From the NCBI RefSeq assembly GCF_004010195.1, contig NC_057720.1:27404168-27467898 (forward strand): a stretch of DNA of 63,731 nt, in the 5' to 3' direction. The first letter of the stretch is position 1. Each line of letters begins with the position of its first letter. Source of the stretch: Chiloscyllium plagiosum. Its lineage: Eukaryota. This document shows, piece by piece, positions 24,691 to 38,324 of the stretch. A model generated the notes under the pieces. The model was given only the letters and a program-made list of their open reading frames with translations, had not been told where the DNA came from and made no database searches. The translations under genes and the position numbers were made by a program.

Positions 24691-25850
24691 GAAGGATGTA
24701 ATTGTTCTGGAGAGAGTGCAGAGAAGATTTACTACAATGTTGCCAGGGCTGGAAACTTGTAGCTACAAGAAGAGAAGGGAAAGGTTGGGCTTTTTTACTT
24801 GGAACAGAGAAGGCTGAGGAGTAACATGATTGAGGTATACAAAATTATGAGTGGTGGAGATAGAGTAGACAGGCAAGAGAGTTCAAAAACCAAGGATTGT
24901 AGATTCAAACTAAGTGATAGAAGGATTAGAGGGGACGTGAGGAAATCCTTTTCACGCAGAGGGTGGTAAGTTTTTGGAATTTACGGCCTAAATTTGAGGT
25001 GTAGGTGAAGAGACTGAACACTAAGAAGTATCTGGATCTGTAATTTGAATGCTGTAAGCTGCAGGGCTGTCCACCATGTGCAGGAGGATGTGATGAGAAA
25101 AGCATCTGGGTATCTTTGGGTTGGCATAGGCAAAATTAGGTGAATGGCCCTCTTCTGTGTACCATGTCTATGACTCAATATGAAGCAATGAGTTACTTCT
25201 TTCAAACTAATCTACTGTATACTTACAGTGTGATCGCTTTTTGGAACACTCAACCACTGTTTGTAAGAATGACCCCTTAATTTGAGTTCAAGTTCAAAAA
25301 TCCATAAATCTCTACGGCTGTTAGCTTTGCAGTAAAGACATCTCACTGGTAAATATTGAAATGCATTGAATGATGAGAATTTTCTATACATGCCTGTTGT
25401 TTATAAGTTAAACAGAGAACAAAAATTAAACCTGACATTTTCATGTTTATGTATCCTTTCTACATTTAACTGCCAGGCAAACCATTTTGGGCACTGAAAT
25501 CGCCTGTTATGTATGTGGCATTTATTTCCTTCAGGTTTTAATTGTTGGCATTTTAAAAATGTAGGTTATATTTTTCTTTTATTGTTAGATTTTCTTTATT
25601 TTAATACAACATTTTTTTCTTTTTCTTTTTCTTTTCTGTATCTAATTTTGCATAAATTCATGTCCTGTAATATACACTGCCTTCTGGTGTTAATTCAACG
25701 GTCTTTCAATCTGCTTGCTACAATTGCTAGCCTTCTCTCTTGAGTACAGAAATCCTATTTCTCTTGCTGGAGCATTATCAGCTCATACTTCCAGCAGCTT
25801 GTCACAGTTAAACATGATTTAACGTAAATGTACATGACTAAGTCCAAGTA

Positions 25851-26069
25851 CAGGTCATTCAGCTATAACACACATTTTATTAACGTGAATTTGCTATAAT
25901 GCGATTGACAAATTGGGGACACTGTTTCTAAAGTGCAAACTTCTAAAACATGTGTTGGCTGTAATGCAATTACATCACCAACACTCTAAGTGCTGTTTCT
26001 AATGCACAATTTTTCTGTAACATGGAGTTGCCCAAGAACACAACCATCATGTTACTGGAGAACTGCCTG
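25851..26069. mobile_element. Tc1/mariner-Tigger-like MITE
   Basis: TA-caggtcattcagctataac ... gttactggagaactgcctg imperfect TIRs; homologous to 31571-31745. Confidence 0.7.
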
Positions 26070-26344
26070 TCATAGCAGATCCTGTTAGATTCAATGCTCC
26101 TGTATGGCAAATAGTGACACATTGTTTAAGAAAATGTCTTGGAGACATTCTAGAAATCTACTGCCTCTACAACTTGAGCTGTTTTGCAAAAGCTAGTCTA
26201 TGTGAAAATTTAACATCTTCATTATAACTATAAAATGCTTCCTAGCTTTCTGTGTTTTTGCATCTCACTGCTGATAGAACATCTGCAGTTGACTCAACAT
26301 CAATGCTGTCCATTCTTTCCTGTTTCTTATGTTTTGAAAAGTAA

Positions 26345-27035
26345 TTTAGTGTTGCGGCCCCAGCACTGAACCCTGCGGGATACCACTTGTCACTAGCTGC
26401 CATTCTGAAAAAGAACCTTTTATCCCAACTCTCTGCCTTCTGACATACAGCCAATCCTCAATCCATGCCAGCAGTTCACCTCGAACATCATGGGTCCTCA
26501 CCTTACTCAGCAGCCTCCCGTGAGGCACCTTATCAGAGGCCTTTTGGAAGTTTAGGCAAATAACATCCACTGGGTTTCCCTGGTCTACTTGTTATCTCTT
26601 CAAAGAATTCTAACAGTTTGTCAGGCACAACCTCCCCTTACTGAATCCTTGTTCTAATCCGACCCTGCACTTCCAAGAATTTAGAAATCTCATCCTTAAC
26701 GATGGATTCTAGAATTTTACCAACAGCCGAGGTTAGGCTAATCGGCCTATAATTTTCCATCTTTTGTCTTGATCCTTTTTTGAACAAGGGGGTTACAACA
26801 GTGATTTTCCAATCATCTGGGACTTTCCCTGGCTCCAGTAATTTTTGAAAGATCACAACCAATGCCTTCTCTGTTTCTTCAGCCACCTCCCTCATGGGCA
26901 GGAGATGTACTAATTTTTAGACCTTTTAGCTTTTCGAGCACTTTCTCTTTTGAAATGGCTACCATACTCAACTCTGTCCCTTGACTCTCCTTAATTGTTG
27001 GGCTATTACTCATATCTTCCATTGTGAAGACTGAG
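26345..27035 (-). mobile_element. CR1 LINE RT fragment
   Basis: ORFs 26638..26895 (VPDDWK..TPLFKKG..NYRPISLTS) and 26346..26570 (GIPQGSVLGP). Confidence 0.9.
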
Positions 27036-27043
27036 CACTGAAG

Positions 27044-27197
27044 ACATTTCGGGCAAGAGCCTTTCATCAGGAATTCACCTTGGGCTCTTGCCCAAAACAT
27101 CTATTCTCCTGCTCCTCAGATGCTGCCTGACCTGCTGCTTTTCCAGCACCACACTCTTAACTATGATCTCCAGCACCTGCAGTCCTCACTTTCTCCT
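27044..27197 (+). mobile_element. Penelope-like terminal fragment (family A) with a short 5' inversion
   Basis: gggcaagagcc..tcatcag / gggctcttgccc inversion, then the terminal sequence ending gcagtcctcactttctcc. Confidence 0.75.
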
Positions 27198-27591
27198 AAT
27201 GCATTTCCAAGTCCAAACATTTGAGTGACTTGTAGGGGAACTTGCAAGTAGTTGTGTTCACATGCATTTGCTACTCCTGTCCTTCTAGATGGGGAGTGAT
27301 CATGGGTTTGGAAGGTGCCACTGGAGGAGTCTTTATAATTTCTGCAATGCAACATGCAGATGGCAATGCTGTTGCTCCTGAATGTTGGTGGAGGGAATGA
27401 ATGTTTGTCTTTATGTGGTGTCAATCAAACTGTCGTGAATGGTGCCAAGCCTCTTGAGTATCACTGGAGCTGCTGTCTTCCAGGAAAGTGGAGAGTCTTC
27501 CATCACTCTGCTGACTTGTGTCTTTTAGATGGTGCACAGGCTTCAAAGAGTCAGCTGCAAGAACCTGAGCCTCTGACTTGCCCTTTTCTTT

Positions 27592-27910
27592 TTAGAACAG
27601 ATTCCCTACAGTGCGGAAACAGGCCCTTTGGCCCAACAAATCCACATCGACCCTCTGAAGAGTAACCCACTCAGACCCATTCACCTACTCCCTACTAATG
27701 CACCTATCATTATGGACAATTTAGCATGGCCAATTCACCTGACCCGCACATCTTTGGACTGTGGGAGGAAACCGGACCACCCGGAGGAAACCCATACAGA
27801 CAAGGGGAGAATGTGCAAACTCCACACAGACAGTCACCCAAGGCTGGAATCGAACCTGGGTCCCTGGCGTTGCGTGGTAGCAGTGCTAATGACTGAGCAA
27901 CTGTGCTGCC
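27592..27910 (-). mobile_element. V-SINE (HE1-like), nested in a LINE fragment
   Basis: Reverse complement of the 8212 family: gattccctacagtg tail, V domain, ggaatcgaacc B-box. Confidence 0.88.
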
Positions 27911-30189
27911 CTTGTAGCCATAGTATTTATATGGCTAATCCAGTTCAGTTTCTGGTCCATGATAATCCCCAAGATATTGATAATGGTGGATCCTACTACA
28001 TATTCTTCCACTTCTACCAACTGCACTACACCTTGCTGCCCCTTATTGGCGTCTTTTTAATACTGTCTCATAGCAATGTTGCTACTCTGCTCTTTCCTAA
28101 TTCTCTATCTTCTAACGACTTTCATTGTCTGAAATGCCAAACTCCCAATGACACACAGTTTGCAGCCAGGTCTACTAACAGTTCATGTCATATGCATTAA
28201 GCACAGTAAATTGGAGCAGATTTAGGCCATTCAGACCTTCAGCCCTGCTCCGCCATTCATTGACATTATTATTCTTAATATTCTTGTATTATTTCATGTT
28301 TTTAATTATATAGAAATCTTTCACTCTCAGTCATGGACATACTCAATGACTGAGCCTCCACAGCCCATAATGGCAGAGAATCCAAAAATTCAGTACTTTT
28401 GAGTAAAGAAGTCCCTGTTCATCTCAGTCCAAAATGCCCTTCCCCTTACTCTGATACTGTGTCCCCTGGTTCTAGACACACCAATATATTTATCATCCAA
28501 TTAATTTATTGCTTTGTCTATTTTGTAGAGAGTGTTATGACAGTCTTTGCCCTACACATAACTACTGATGAGCTTTTAAAATGATATTTTGTTAGTATCT
28601 TGCAACATTTCTATTTTATTGATGTCAGGTATATGACTAGCTTTAAAGCCATTATCGAAACCAGAATTATTCATATTCTATTTTGGGCTCTGACTTCTGC
28701 TCCTTTATCTATTTCTCATCTTTTAATTGTTTGCAGATGTATCCTTTTGTCCAATTGATATCTGCCCTATTCCCTTTTTCTCATTTAAACATTTCTGCAG
28801 CCTTTTTATCTTTTAAGCTCGAGGCTTGATCCAGCCCATTTCAGATGTAGTGTGTACCAGTATAGAACTTTCCTGTCCCATTTCTGGCCACATGAAATAT
28901 TTTAACAACATTCATTCACTTTCTGACCTCTTTGTGTCTACGCCAGTACACATCTGATGGGTCATATATCTGAGAGAACTACCCACAATGTTCTGTATTT
29001 TAATTTAGCTTTTAGCTTCTAATAATCTCTCAACAGTCAGGCCTTCTATGTCCTTGGTTTACATGTGGACCATCACAACTAATTCTTCCCACTTCCCTTT
29101 ATATGTCCTGTTCTTGTAATTAAAGATATGCCACCCTGGTACCACAAAGACAAAACATGCTTTGGAACTCACTTGTTTTCTATAGGTGTGTTGCATCAGG
29201 AATTCTGACTCATACTTTGTAGAATTACTGAGGATTTTTTGAAATAGCAACACACCCCAAGTACATGTTTGTGCAGGCACAGCAATCATAATTGAAAACA
29301 TTGCGTGCTACAATGCAATATACCATAATGTTCGTGACATCAAAATAGTTATCAGTCAAACTTGTTCTGCTTGAGTAGCATAAAGCCCAATTGACTGATC
29401 AGCTTTTGGTGTGAAAAGGCTGTTTATTCTAGTGACAGCATGCACCATTTCCTGTTCATAGGACATAACAATAGCTGTCATAAGTGAACTTCAAACAAAT
29501 TGTACAAATATGCTGCAGGTGATTGTAATGATAAAATATTTTCACACATGATAAAAACACGATTTATAGCCTGTCAAAATTAAATCTGTTTTCAGAAATC
29601 AGCAGGTTTATGGGTAAAACTGTTAACCATTAAATGGCTATTGCAGTATAAAATTCATCATTTTAGCAGGTTTCAAAAATATTTTGAGTTTTGAAATTAT
29701 GCACAGTTTTTTATTACATTTTATTAAAAAGAAATCTTACCAAAAAGAAAGGCTTCGAGTGCTGCTTGGTGGAAAGGAAAAGTTCTTGGATATGTCACCA
29801 CGTTGCTAAATGAGAAGAGTCTTTGGAATGTAGAAATGTTTATTTATTTATATTAATTCAAATGTATTGAATTAGTGAATTCTAATAATAGAGTGGCTAT
29901 CAGCAAAATCCACCCAGTTCTAATTATGTCACTATCATTGAAAACACGGATCACAAAGATCTGTGAAATGTAGAAAATGGCTACCAAATTGAAGAGGTGA
30001 ATCCCATTAATATTCTAATTATTAACAAGATCCAAGCAGTTGTTTTGATATAGTAAAGCAGTTCAATGCATATTGTAATTTAGAAACATTATTTCTTAAA
30101 ATTACATCTGAAGTTACAGATGCAGTTAGCAGTAGCAGCATGGAAGTTAATTCAGTATCTTTGACTTGACATTTCACAACATGAATTCA

Positions 30190-31262
30190 GGCTGAGCTTG
30201 CCAATTGGATACAAAATTGGCTTACCAGCAGGGGACAGAGTTGTGGTGGAATGTTGCTTTTCAGACTGGAGACCTGTCACCAGCAGTGTTCCACAGGGAT
30301 CGATTCGAGGTCCTCTTTTGTTTGTCATTTATATAAATGATTTGGATGAAAATATAGAAGGCATGGTTACTGAGTTGGAGGATGACACCAAAATTGATGG
30401 GAAAGTGGACAGTGAAGAAGGTTTTCTAAGGTTACAAAGGGATCTTGATCAGATGGATCAATGGGCTGAAAATTGGCAGATGGAGTTAAATCTGGATAAA
30501 TGGAAGGTATTGCATTTTGGTACAACAAACAGGGACAGGACTTATACGATTAATAATAGGGCCTTGGGTGATGTTGTAGAACAAAGGGACCTAGGAGTTC
30601 AGGTACATAATTCTTTGACGTTTGTGTCAAATATGGACAGGATAGTGAAAAAGGCATTTAGCACACTTGCCTTCATTGCTCAGTACTTTGAATGTAGGAG
30701 TTGGGAAGCCATGTTGAGGTTGTACAAGACATTGGTGAGGCTTGTTGTGGAATATTATGTTCAATTCTGGTTGCCCAGTTATAGGAAGGATATCATTAAG
30801 CTCGAGAGGGTTCAGAAGAGACTTACGAGAATGTTGCCGGTTATGAAAGGATTGAATTAGAGAAATAGGCTGGAATTTCTTTCACTGGAGCATAGCAGGT
30901 TGAGAGGTGACTTTATAGAAGTTTATAAAATCATGAAGATGTATAGACACGGTTAATGATAACTGTCTTTTCCTTCAAATGGGGGATTTCAAGGGTAGGG
31001 GGGCTTTTTTAAGGTGAGAGAAGAGAGATTTTAAAAAGACACGAGGGCCAAATTGTTTGCATAGAGGGTGGTTCGCATTTGGAATGAACTTCCTGAGGAA
31101 GTGGTGGATGCGGGCACAGTTACAACATTTAAAAGACACTTCGATAAATACATGAACAGGAAAGATTTGGACGGATGTGAGCCAGGGGAAGGCAAGTGAG
31201 ACTAGTTTAGTTTGGGATTATGTTTAGCATGGACTACATGTCCGAAGAGTCTGTTTCCATGC
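30190..31262 (+). mobile_element. CR1 LINE 3' portion
   Basis: ORF 30198..30860: VPQGSIRGPLLFVIYINDLD..EDDTKI..WQMELNLDK..ERVQKR; 3' UTR follows. Confidence 0.92.
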
Positions 31263-31570
31263 ATATTGATTACTTTCTGTTTTCCTGTTTTCATTCTCTT
31301 CCTCTCAGCTGCCCCCTTCATCTCTCTGGTCTTCCCTTCACTCTCCTTACTCCTTTTCTATTTGTAATTTATCTCCTAATTCTCCTGCCCTTTTCCAGCT
31401 CTCTGTCCCTTCAAAAGTGTGCTGCCTTATCTGATCAGAATTTATAAGTCTAGATGCCATGTTTTAGCCAAAACTGATATAATTGTTTCAAGCATAGTAA
31501 CATACTGTGTGCATGCTGTGTTTTTTGTACTGAGGATATCATAACACAGATATATTGGAAACCAGAGGTA

Positions 31571-31745
31571 CAGGTCATTCCACTATAATGTGCATTTCGT
31601 TAACACGAATTCGCTGTGACATGATTGATGAATTGGGAACACCGTTTCTAAAGTGTGAACTCTTAAAATGTGTGTAACGCAATTATGTCGCCAACACTTT
31701 GGCGCTGTTTCTATAGCAACCATCGCATTATAGAAGAACCACCTG
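31571..31745. mobile_element. Tc1/mariner-Tigger-like MITE with TA TSD
   Basis: TA at 31569-31570 and 31746-31747; TIRs caggtcattccactataatgtg / cgcattatagaagaaccacctg. Confidence 0.8.
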
Positions 31746-32014
31746 TATGCACTAACTCTCAAGCTTTTTCAGAAACCTACACAAAAATGATGAATCAAAT
31801 GGCCTTCTGTTTCTTATTCAGTGAATTTGTTTTGGGCTGTTTTTGCAGCTTGGTTGTACAAATCAGGGAAAATGTCAATCTAAGCTGCTGGTTAAATAGT
31901 CACACTCTTGCGACTTACGTTTTTAATCGATGATGAGGACAACTAAATTTGTAGTAAAGCATTTCTTTCCATTGCAGAATCTGGGAGAATCTATGAACTA
32001 TTGTAAATGTATCA

Positions 32015-32225
32015 AGGTAAAGTCGCTGTCGTCTTAGTGGACCATAGAATTGCTCTCTCATTAAAGAGAGACAATTGGTGCTGGTTTAACCTGAGAGTCA
32101 CCATGCCTCAGATAAGGGGAGATGTTGAGGACAGTCCTTCCTTTCAGTGCAAGAATTGAACTTGTGCTGTTGGAATTATTTTACCTTGCAAGTCGGCTAA
32201 CCAGCCACTGACCTAACCAATCCCC
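32015..32225 (-). mobile_element. tRNA-derived SINE (separate family)
   Basis: Minus strand has an A-box-like ttggttaggtcagtggctgg and a B-box-like agttcaattct, with a tail ending gcgactttacctt. Confidence 0.55.
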
Positions 32226-32279
32226 ATACCAAATTTGCAAAGCACTATATTTCACATAAAGATTTGGATTATTGTGCAA

Positions 32280-32435
32280 GGAATTTCCTCCCTAATGACA
32301 TTGTGGGACAACACACAGTAGGTGGACTGCAGCAGTTCAAGAAGGCAGCTCACCACCACCTTCTCAAGGGCAATTCAGTACAGGCAATAAATGCTGGCCA
32401 GCTAGTGATGTCCACATCCCACAAATGAATAAATT
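32280..32435 (+). mobile_element. LINE 3' end
   Basis: FKKAAHHHLLKG ORF end, then ggcaataaatgctggcc..atgaataaa tail, shared with the SINE at 35990. Confidence 0.7.
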
Positions 32436-33589
32436 AATAATGATATTTATGCCTTAGAGGAAAGCATTGGGGCCACTGATGATTTACAGTGACTGAACAT
32501 GTTGCATTTTGTTTTTTATTGAACTATATTCTTAGATTTTTGTTGGCGCTTCACTCATACCTATTAAATTATGAAAATGGTAAATTAATTCTTATATCAT
32601 TCTTTCCATGTGTATTTTGACATTTGACAAATTTAGGTTAGAGGTAGTGGAATTTAGCTGCTCTGGAAATGATTGTGCAGCAATGAGATTCTTCCTGGAT
32701 TTGATAGCAGTGGGAGATGATCCTGGCATCCAGCAGTGATGAGTTTGGCAGCATTACATTGGCTACAAAGGTTTCTTTAATTGTATTGAGGAATACAGTG
32801 GCTCAATAATGCAGTTCTGTATCAACTTCTCAAGGGAAATTGAGGATGGGCAATAAATGCTAGGCCCTCATCCCCGAATGAATAAAAATAATCTCCTTTG
32901 GACTGCCACTGCTGTAAACCGCATATCATGGAATTCAGTGGAATGTAAGGATTATCTCACTGGTATTCCTGACGTTACCAGCACTGAGGCAGGGAATGAG
33001 CCTGAATATTGATGGTGGTGGTTGGGTTCTGAAGTCTTACAGTACTGGATTGTAATTTTTAAAGGATCCCAATAATCTTTACATTTGATGTTTTTATTGT
33101 GGCAGACACATTTTCGTATTTTTCTCGAATCTTATTTTACCTGCATCTGATGATTACATTATATAATGAAAATATAGGCTCAATTCCTGCAGTGTGCTAC
33201 TACTCAGCCAGAATCAGCAATGTTACTTTCCCTGACTGCGCTGTATTTTTGAGCATCCTATTCTTTTGTGTACCTGAAATGTAGCACATTTTTTTCAAAC
33301 ATGCATCAGTAAAAATTAGCCCAGTCACTTATCATGCTATCATAATTTGTGAAATAGAGCATTCACTAATTTTATGAAAATAGCGTATTACTCAATGTTG
33401 TGCATGTTATCCCAAGGCAGTGCAGATTCAATAATATGCTATTTCTGTCTATACAACTGGGTTTTATCGACAAAAAAAGTATACTTTACATTGAGTGATA
33501 AATGTTTTCTAATTTTAAACTGAAAATGACCTCACTAAGAAATGACCAGCATGGAGCATATGATAGAAGAGTGAAGTATTACAGATGTT

Positions 33590-33942
33590 GGAAATAGACA
33601 TAGACATAGACATAGAAGAGTACAGCACAGAACATGATGGCACACGATGTTGAGCCGAGGATTAATCCTAATGTAAAATAAAATAACAACCTGCGTATCC
33701 CTCAATTCACTGCTATCCATGTGTAGTCCAGTAGTGTTTTAAATGTCCCTAATGACTCTACTCCCACCACCACCGCTGGTGCATTCACAACTCACTGCGT
33801 AAAGAACCTTCATCTGACATCCCCTCTATACCTTTCTCCTAATATCTTAAACTTTTGACCCCTCGTGCCAGTCAGTCCTGCCCTGGGGAAAAGCCTCTGG
33901 CTATTGACTCTATCCATTCCTCTCATTATCTTGTATACCTCA
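33590..33942 (-). mobile_element. CR1 LINE 3' end
   Basis: (atagac)n tail followed by reverse-strand 3' UTR and ORF2 end (EVYKIMRG motif). Confidence 0.75.
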
Positions 33943-35989
33943 AGGATACTTCAAGGAAATCTGAAAAAGTCTGCAGTTAGGGCAGCATCGAGAGCAGCAG
34001 GATCAAGGTCTACAATCTTCACTAATTCTGATGAAGAGCCACTGACACATCTCTCTCTTTCTGTCTCTCTCTCTCTCTGCACAGATGACTTGCTGAGCAT
34101 TTCCAATATTTTTAATTTCTATTGGAATATAAGAAACCCTTTCACCAGTCCTCTAAAAAGCAATTGGACTTGTTGTGAGTCTCTTATTTCCTTCATCAAC
34201 AAGCCCAACAGCATCTACCAGAGGTCTAGCTTGGCAAATCATTAAACAGGGATTAAGAAAAAACAATGTCACATTAATAAAACTGATGATGTCAAAAATG
34301 GTAATTAACAACGGACCATTGAAAAGTAAAAAAGTAGTAAAGTTCATGAAAATCCTTTTTCTGCCGTTTTGCTTAAGAAGCAGAGCTAGAGAGAGAGAGT
34401 GTGAGAGAGAGAGAGAAGTGAGTAAGAAAAACAAAGGCAGATAGCCCCAAGTCAAGGGAATGGGATGGAGACCAATCTTAAGCTAAGGAGTGGGGTGGTA
34501 TCTGTAAGTGAATTGCCTTTCATTCAGTCTAGGCTTTCCTCCTCTGTGGTTCTGCTTTGCAGAAAATAAATTGGGGAAAGTAGTGGAGGAAGAGTGTGCC
34601 CGTTCATCCACTGTCATGCATGCTCATTGCCAGAGATCGTTTGATTGTCTCTTGTTGAAGGTGGTCACTACAGAGCCCGTTATGTGGTCTTGGTCTTTCA
34701 TTTGCTGGTTCCACTAATACTACCCCTTTGGTCACTCATGCCGAGGAGCTTATGTGTCAGAAGTAGTCTAGAAAGAACAGGAGGAAAGTGAGAATTAGAT
34801 ATGCAGCTGCCCACATCATCAATCCTTGTCGCTGTTCCGGTGATGTGAGTGTCCTGTGGTATGCCAGCATAATGTTGCTATCATTATTCCATACTTGACA
34901 GAGTATGCAGTTATGGATACAAGCCTGACAATGGTAAGTGTGTGAGTGTAAAGTAAATTAATTGCATTTGAAGGGTTGAATTCTGATTGCACATCTGTTG
35001 GTAAGTGAGTGCTGGGGTTGTAGTGAATTACGCGATGGATGAAGTTCATATTGCAGTTGGTAGGACATGCCATTTGAAGATGAGCTCGTTGTCGCTTTGA
35101 CAACTTCTGTCAACTTCCTGCATTGAATCCATGTTCTTAGGAGTAACGCTGATAATGTATACAGGGTATAAGCAAGCAGGGAAAGAGTTACGTTCTGAGT
35201 TTTGTGAACCAAGAGGTTCAGCTGAGCATGACTCAGATCAAATAAGAACTGACAGTTAACTTTGGGGTGATGGAGGCAAGGGAGATGGATTAACAAGGTG
35301 GAAAAGTAGTCATTATGGAGAGCCATTTAACAATATTGGAAGCATTCAGTATGCAAGGTCAGCTAAGAAGGGGAAAAGTATCCATTGTATGAATCCAGTT
35401 AACAATCTTAAATACATTCATTGTATAACAGTAAAGGGTTTGGTCTCTGCTATTGATACTCGTTGATTGTAACGGTAACCCAATTAATATGTATGTTGCC
35501 TCATCTGGATGCTCTTCCCTGTAAAATGACTATATAGTTTAGTTGAGAAACGGCTGTTCCAGAGAAGACCGAGAACTCCTGTCCCTGTGCACATCGGCGA
35601 TTTTCTCTCTCCCTACAAGGCGCGGAATAAAGATGAAGGAGGTAAAACTATAGTGTCTCTGAGCGCTTTGCTTCGACTGAAGGGGAAATGGCACGACAAT
35701 GCTGCCTTTGAAAATGAGAATTGAGGGCCCCATGCCACTGTGTAAAAGAGCATTTTTCTTCCTGGAGCTTTCACGAAGATCTTCAATGCAGTGTCAGAAA
35801 AACTTGGTGCTTTCACAGATTCCACCACTCTTAAATGTATCAAAGTAAAGATTCATTTTTCAATGACTCTCAACACTATTTTCAGCCCAAGTACAGCTTT
35901 CCTTTAAGAGGTTCAGGCAGGTTTTAAGCAGCTGCAGTAACCAGTCACATTATTAGGCGCCCCGTGGTGATATATAAAAATTAGCATGG

Positions 35990-36340
35990 ATTTTATTCTC
36001 TTCGTGGGATGTCGGCCTTGCTGGCTGGCCAGCATTTATTGCCCATCCCTAGCTGACCGACAAACTGAGTAGCTTGTACGCCATTTCAGTCAACCACATG
36101 TTGGCCAGACCAGGTAAGGATGGCAGATTTCCTTCCCTTAAGGACATTAGTGAGCCAGTTGGGTATTTCCTGACCATTGCAATGATTTCATGATCATCAA
36201 TAGATTAATGATTCCAAATGTTTTAAAAAACTAAATTGAAATTCCACCATCCGTCATGGAGAGATGCAAACTTGGGTCCCCAAAACATTAGCTAAGTTTC
36301 TGGACTAATACTTTGGCAATAGTCATTAGGCTATTACCTC
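35990..36340 (-). mobile_element. tRNA-derived SINE with a LINE-shared tail
   Basis: gccagcatttattgcccatcc tail and ggcagatttccttccc core; related + strand copy at 43125-43430. Confidence 0.7.
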
Positions 36341-37774
36341 TCCTAATAGAACTGGCTTCAGTCAACATTGACAGTGGCAAATTAACATGGTGCCTGCATC
36401 CCATGTAACTGCACAAGTTCTTTTGCACACAGTGACACGTATGAGCATTTTTACAAATGATCAGATTTCAAACAACCATATCTCTAACTCATTATAAGCA
36501 ATGTCACAGGAGAGCTTTTAAAGTGGATTGTAATATCTTGTCTCTTTTAAACTCCTTTAATTACTGCTAGTCATGTTAATTCTGTTGCGTTTGGTAGTCA
36601 CATTTTTAATTAACTTCCATGCTTTGATCTGTCTTTCATTGAAAGTAAGTGTAAAATAGAGCCCCAAATAATGGGAGGGAGAAGAAATGGATCACTTTCT
36701 TGAGGTACGGAAGCAAAGATGTAATGCTGGAACGATATAAAATATGTCTTGACCAATCAGAATTAGCTTATCTGGTTTGAATTTAAACAAAATGTGGGCA
36801 TTGAACTGTTTTCTGGCGCATACAATGTGACAGTACCTCTACCAATCAGAGTCCATTTCACAATCTATCAGCATCTTCTCATAATATAAATTATCGTTCC
36901 TTTGAAATTTGCCATTCTTGCAACTCTGACCTGATGTGTCCAAATACAAGGTTTTAACAGCATGTCTCTTTTATCAGCAATAAGTATCTTTTGTTACAAT
37001 GGTTTAAAAATTCAAGTTATATTGAAAATATATCTTAAATACATTTAATGTACCAACAAAATATTATATTCGCCATAAGTGCATACGTTCCCTTCTTAAT
37101 CAGGTAGTTTGTGTAATCACATTCACACTCATTTGAGCCTGATAATAGCACAAATACTCCTATGTAACAGTAGAAGTGCACTTTTAATTATTCAGCATCA
37201 GTGATTTTGATAAATGCATGTTACAGGAGACAACAGTGTATGTTTGAAAATACTATAAGCAAAAGCCATGAGAGATATCCAGACAAAATAATGAAATATA
37301 CAAGCAGATTTTCTCCTGGCAGGGATATACTTTGAACAGTATTCCCTGGAGGAGACTTCCTGTCCTCTTTCAAGAAATACCAAATATCTGAAAGTTTTGC
37401 AAATATAATTTCAGAGAGCTACACCTGGAGCAAGTATTTCTTTTAAGAAGAATATCAAAGACAATACATTGCTTTGTGTAAAATAGGAATCAATATTAAC
37501 AGCTTGAGGTGATCATGATGTCACACTGACTAGTAATTTTATAAATGTGAACAACAGAGGAACTTGTCTCATATAAAAGCATTTACTCTCCTATGGCTCC
37601 CTGTGACTTCCGTTATAACTTTAAATTCAGAGTTAATACTTGACAAATTTTTAAATGGGAAGGTGTCAGAAAAGTGCCAGAAGAGTGACCAAGATTTAAA
37701 AGTCATTGTGCTTTTAAGGATTGTAAACAAATCCACAACTGGTGGCCCAAACCTAGTAAAGATTAATTTTTTTT

Positions 37775-38060
37775 TAGAATAGATTCTCTACAGTATGGAA
37801 ACAGGCCTTTTTGCCCAACAAAGTCCATACCAACTCTCCGAACAGTAACCCACCCAGACCCATTCCCCTACCCTACACCTACCCCCGACTAATGCACCTA
37901 ACTTACACATCCCTGAACACTATGACAATTTAACATGACCAGTTCACCTTCTTTGGACTATGGGAGGAAACCCACACAGACAGTCACCCAAGGTGGGAAT
38001 CGAACCCGGGTCCCTGACACTGTGAGGCAGCAGTGCTTACCACTGAGTCACCATGCCACC
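37775..38060 (-). mobile_element. V-SINE (HE1-like), internally deleted
   Basis: Tail gattctctacagtatgg, B-box ggaatcgaacccggg, head cactgagtcaccatgccacc. Confidence 0.82.
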
Positions 38061-38324
38061 ACTTTGATGAGACAAAGTTAGCTGAGGATCCACACCTTTC
38101 ATGCTGGCAGCTGTTGATCAACGATGGAAGTCATAGTTTGGGTTTTTCAGCTGCTTTGAAGTTATGAAACCTTAAGGAAAATTTATTAACCCTTTCACAG
38201 ATTTTCTGCATGGACTTATATCCATTTCTGAGAAAGAATCCAAACTCATAATCCTTGCCACCCAAAAACCTAACAACAGAAGAAATAGAAGCAGGGATAT
38301 TTCAAGATATTTCAACTGTTGTTT

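Larger units (their letters stand above)
23985..25170 (+). mobile_element. CR1 LINE, 5'-truncated, interrupted by PLE family B
   Basis: ORF 23991..24311: INDLD..KFAADMKI..WQMEFNSNKC. Confidence 0.85.

Noticed and set aside
27628..28200. 190-aa ORF, and similar ORFs at 8122 and 61449 (LAWPIHLT..LDCGRKP)
   Set aside because: Antisense translation of V-SINE copies; not protein coding
30198..30860. 220-aa RT ORF as an active or domesticated gene
   Set aside because: 5'-truncated CR1 with degenerate motifs (EDD for ADD) and a frameshift/stop before the normal C-terminus
36780..36985. Possible further PLE tail with a hammerhead remnant (cctgatgtgtcc..)
   Set aside because: The core boxes are too decayed to support the call from sequence alone
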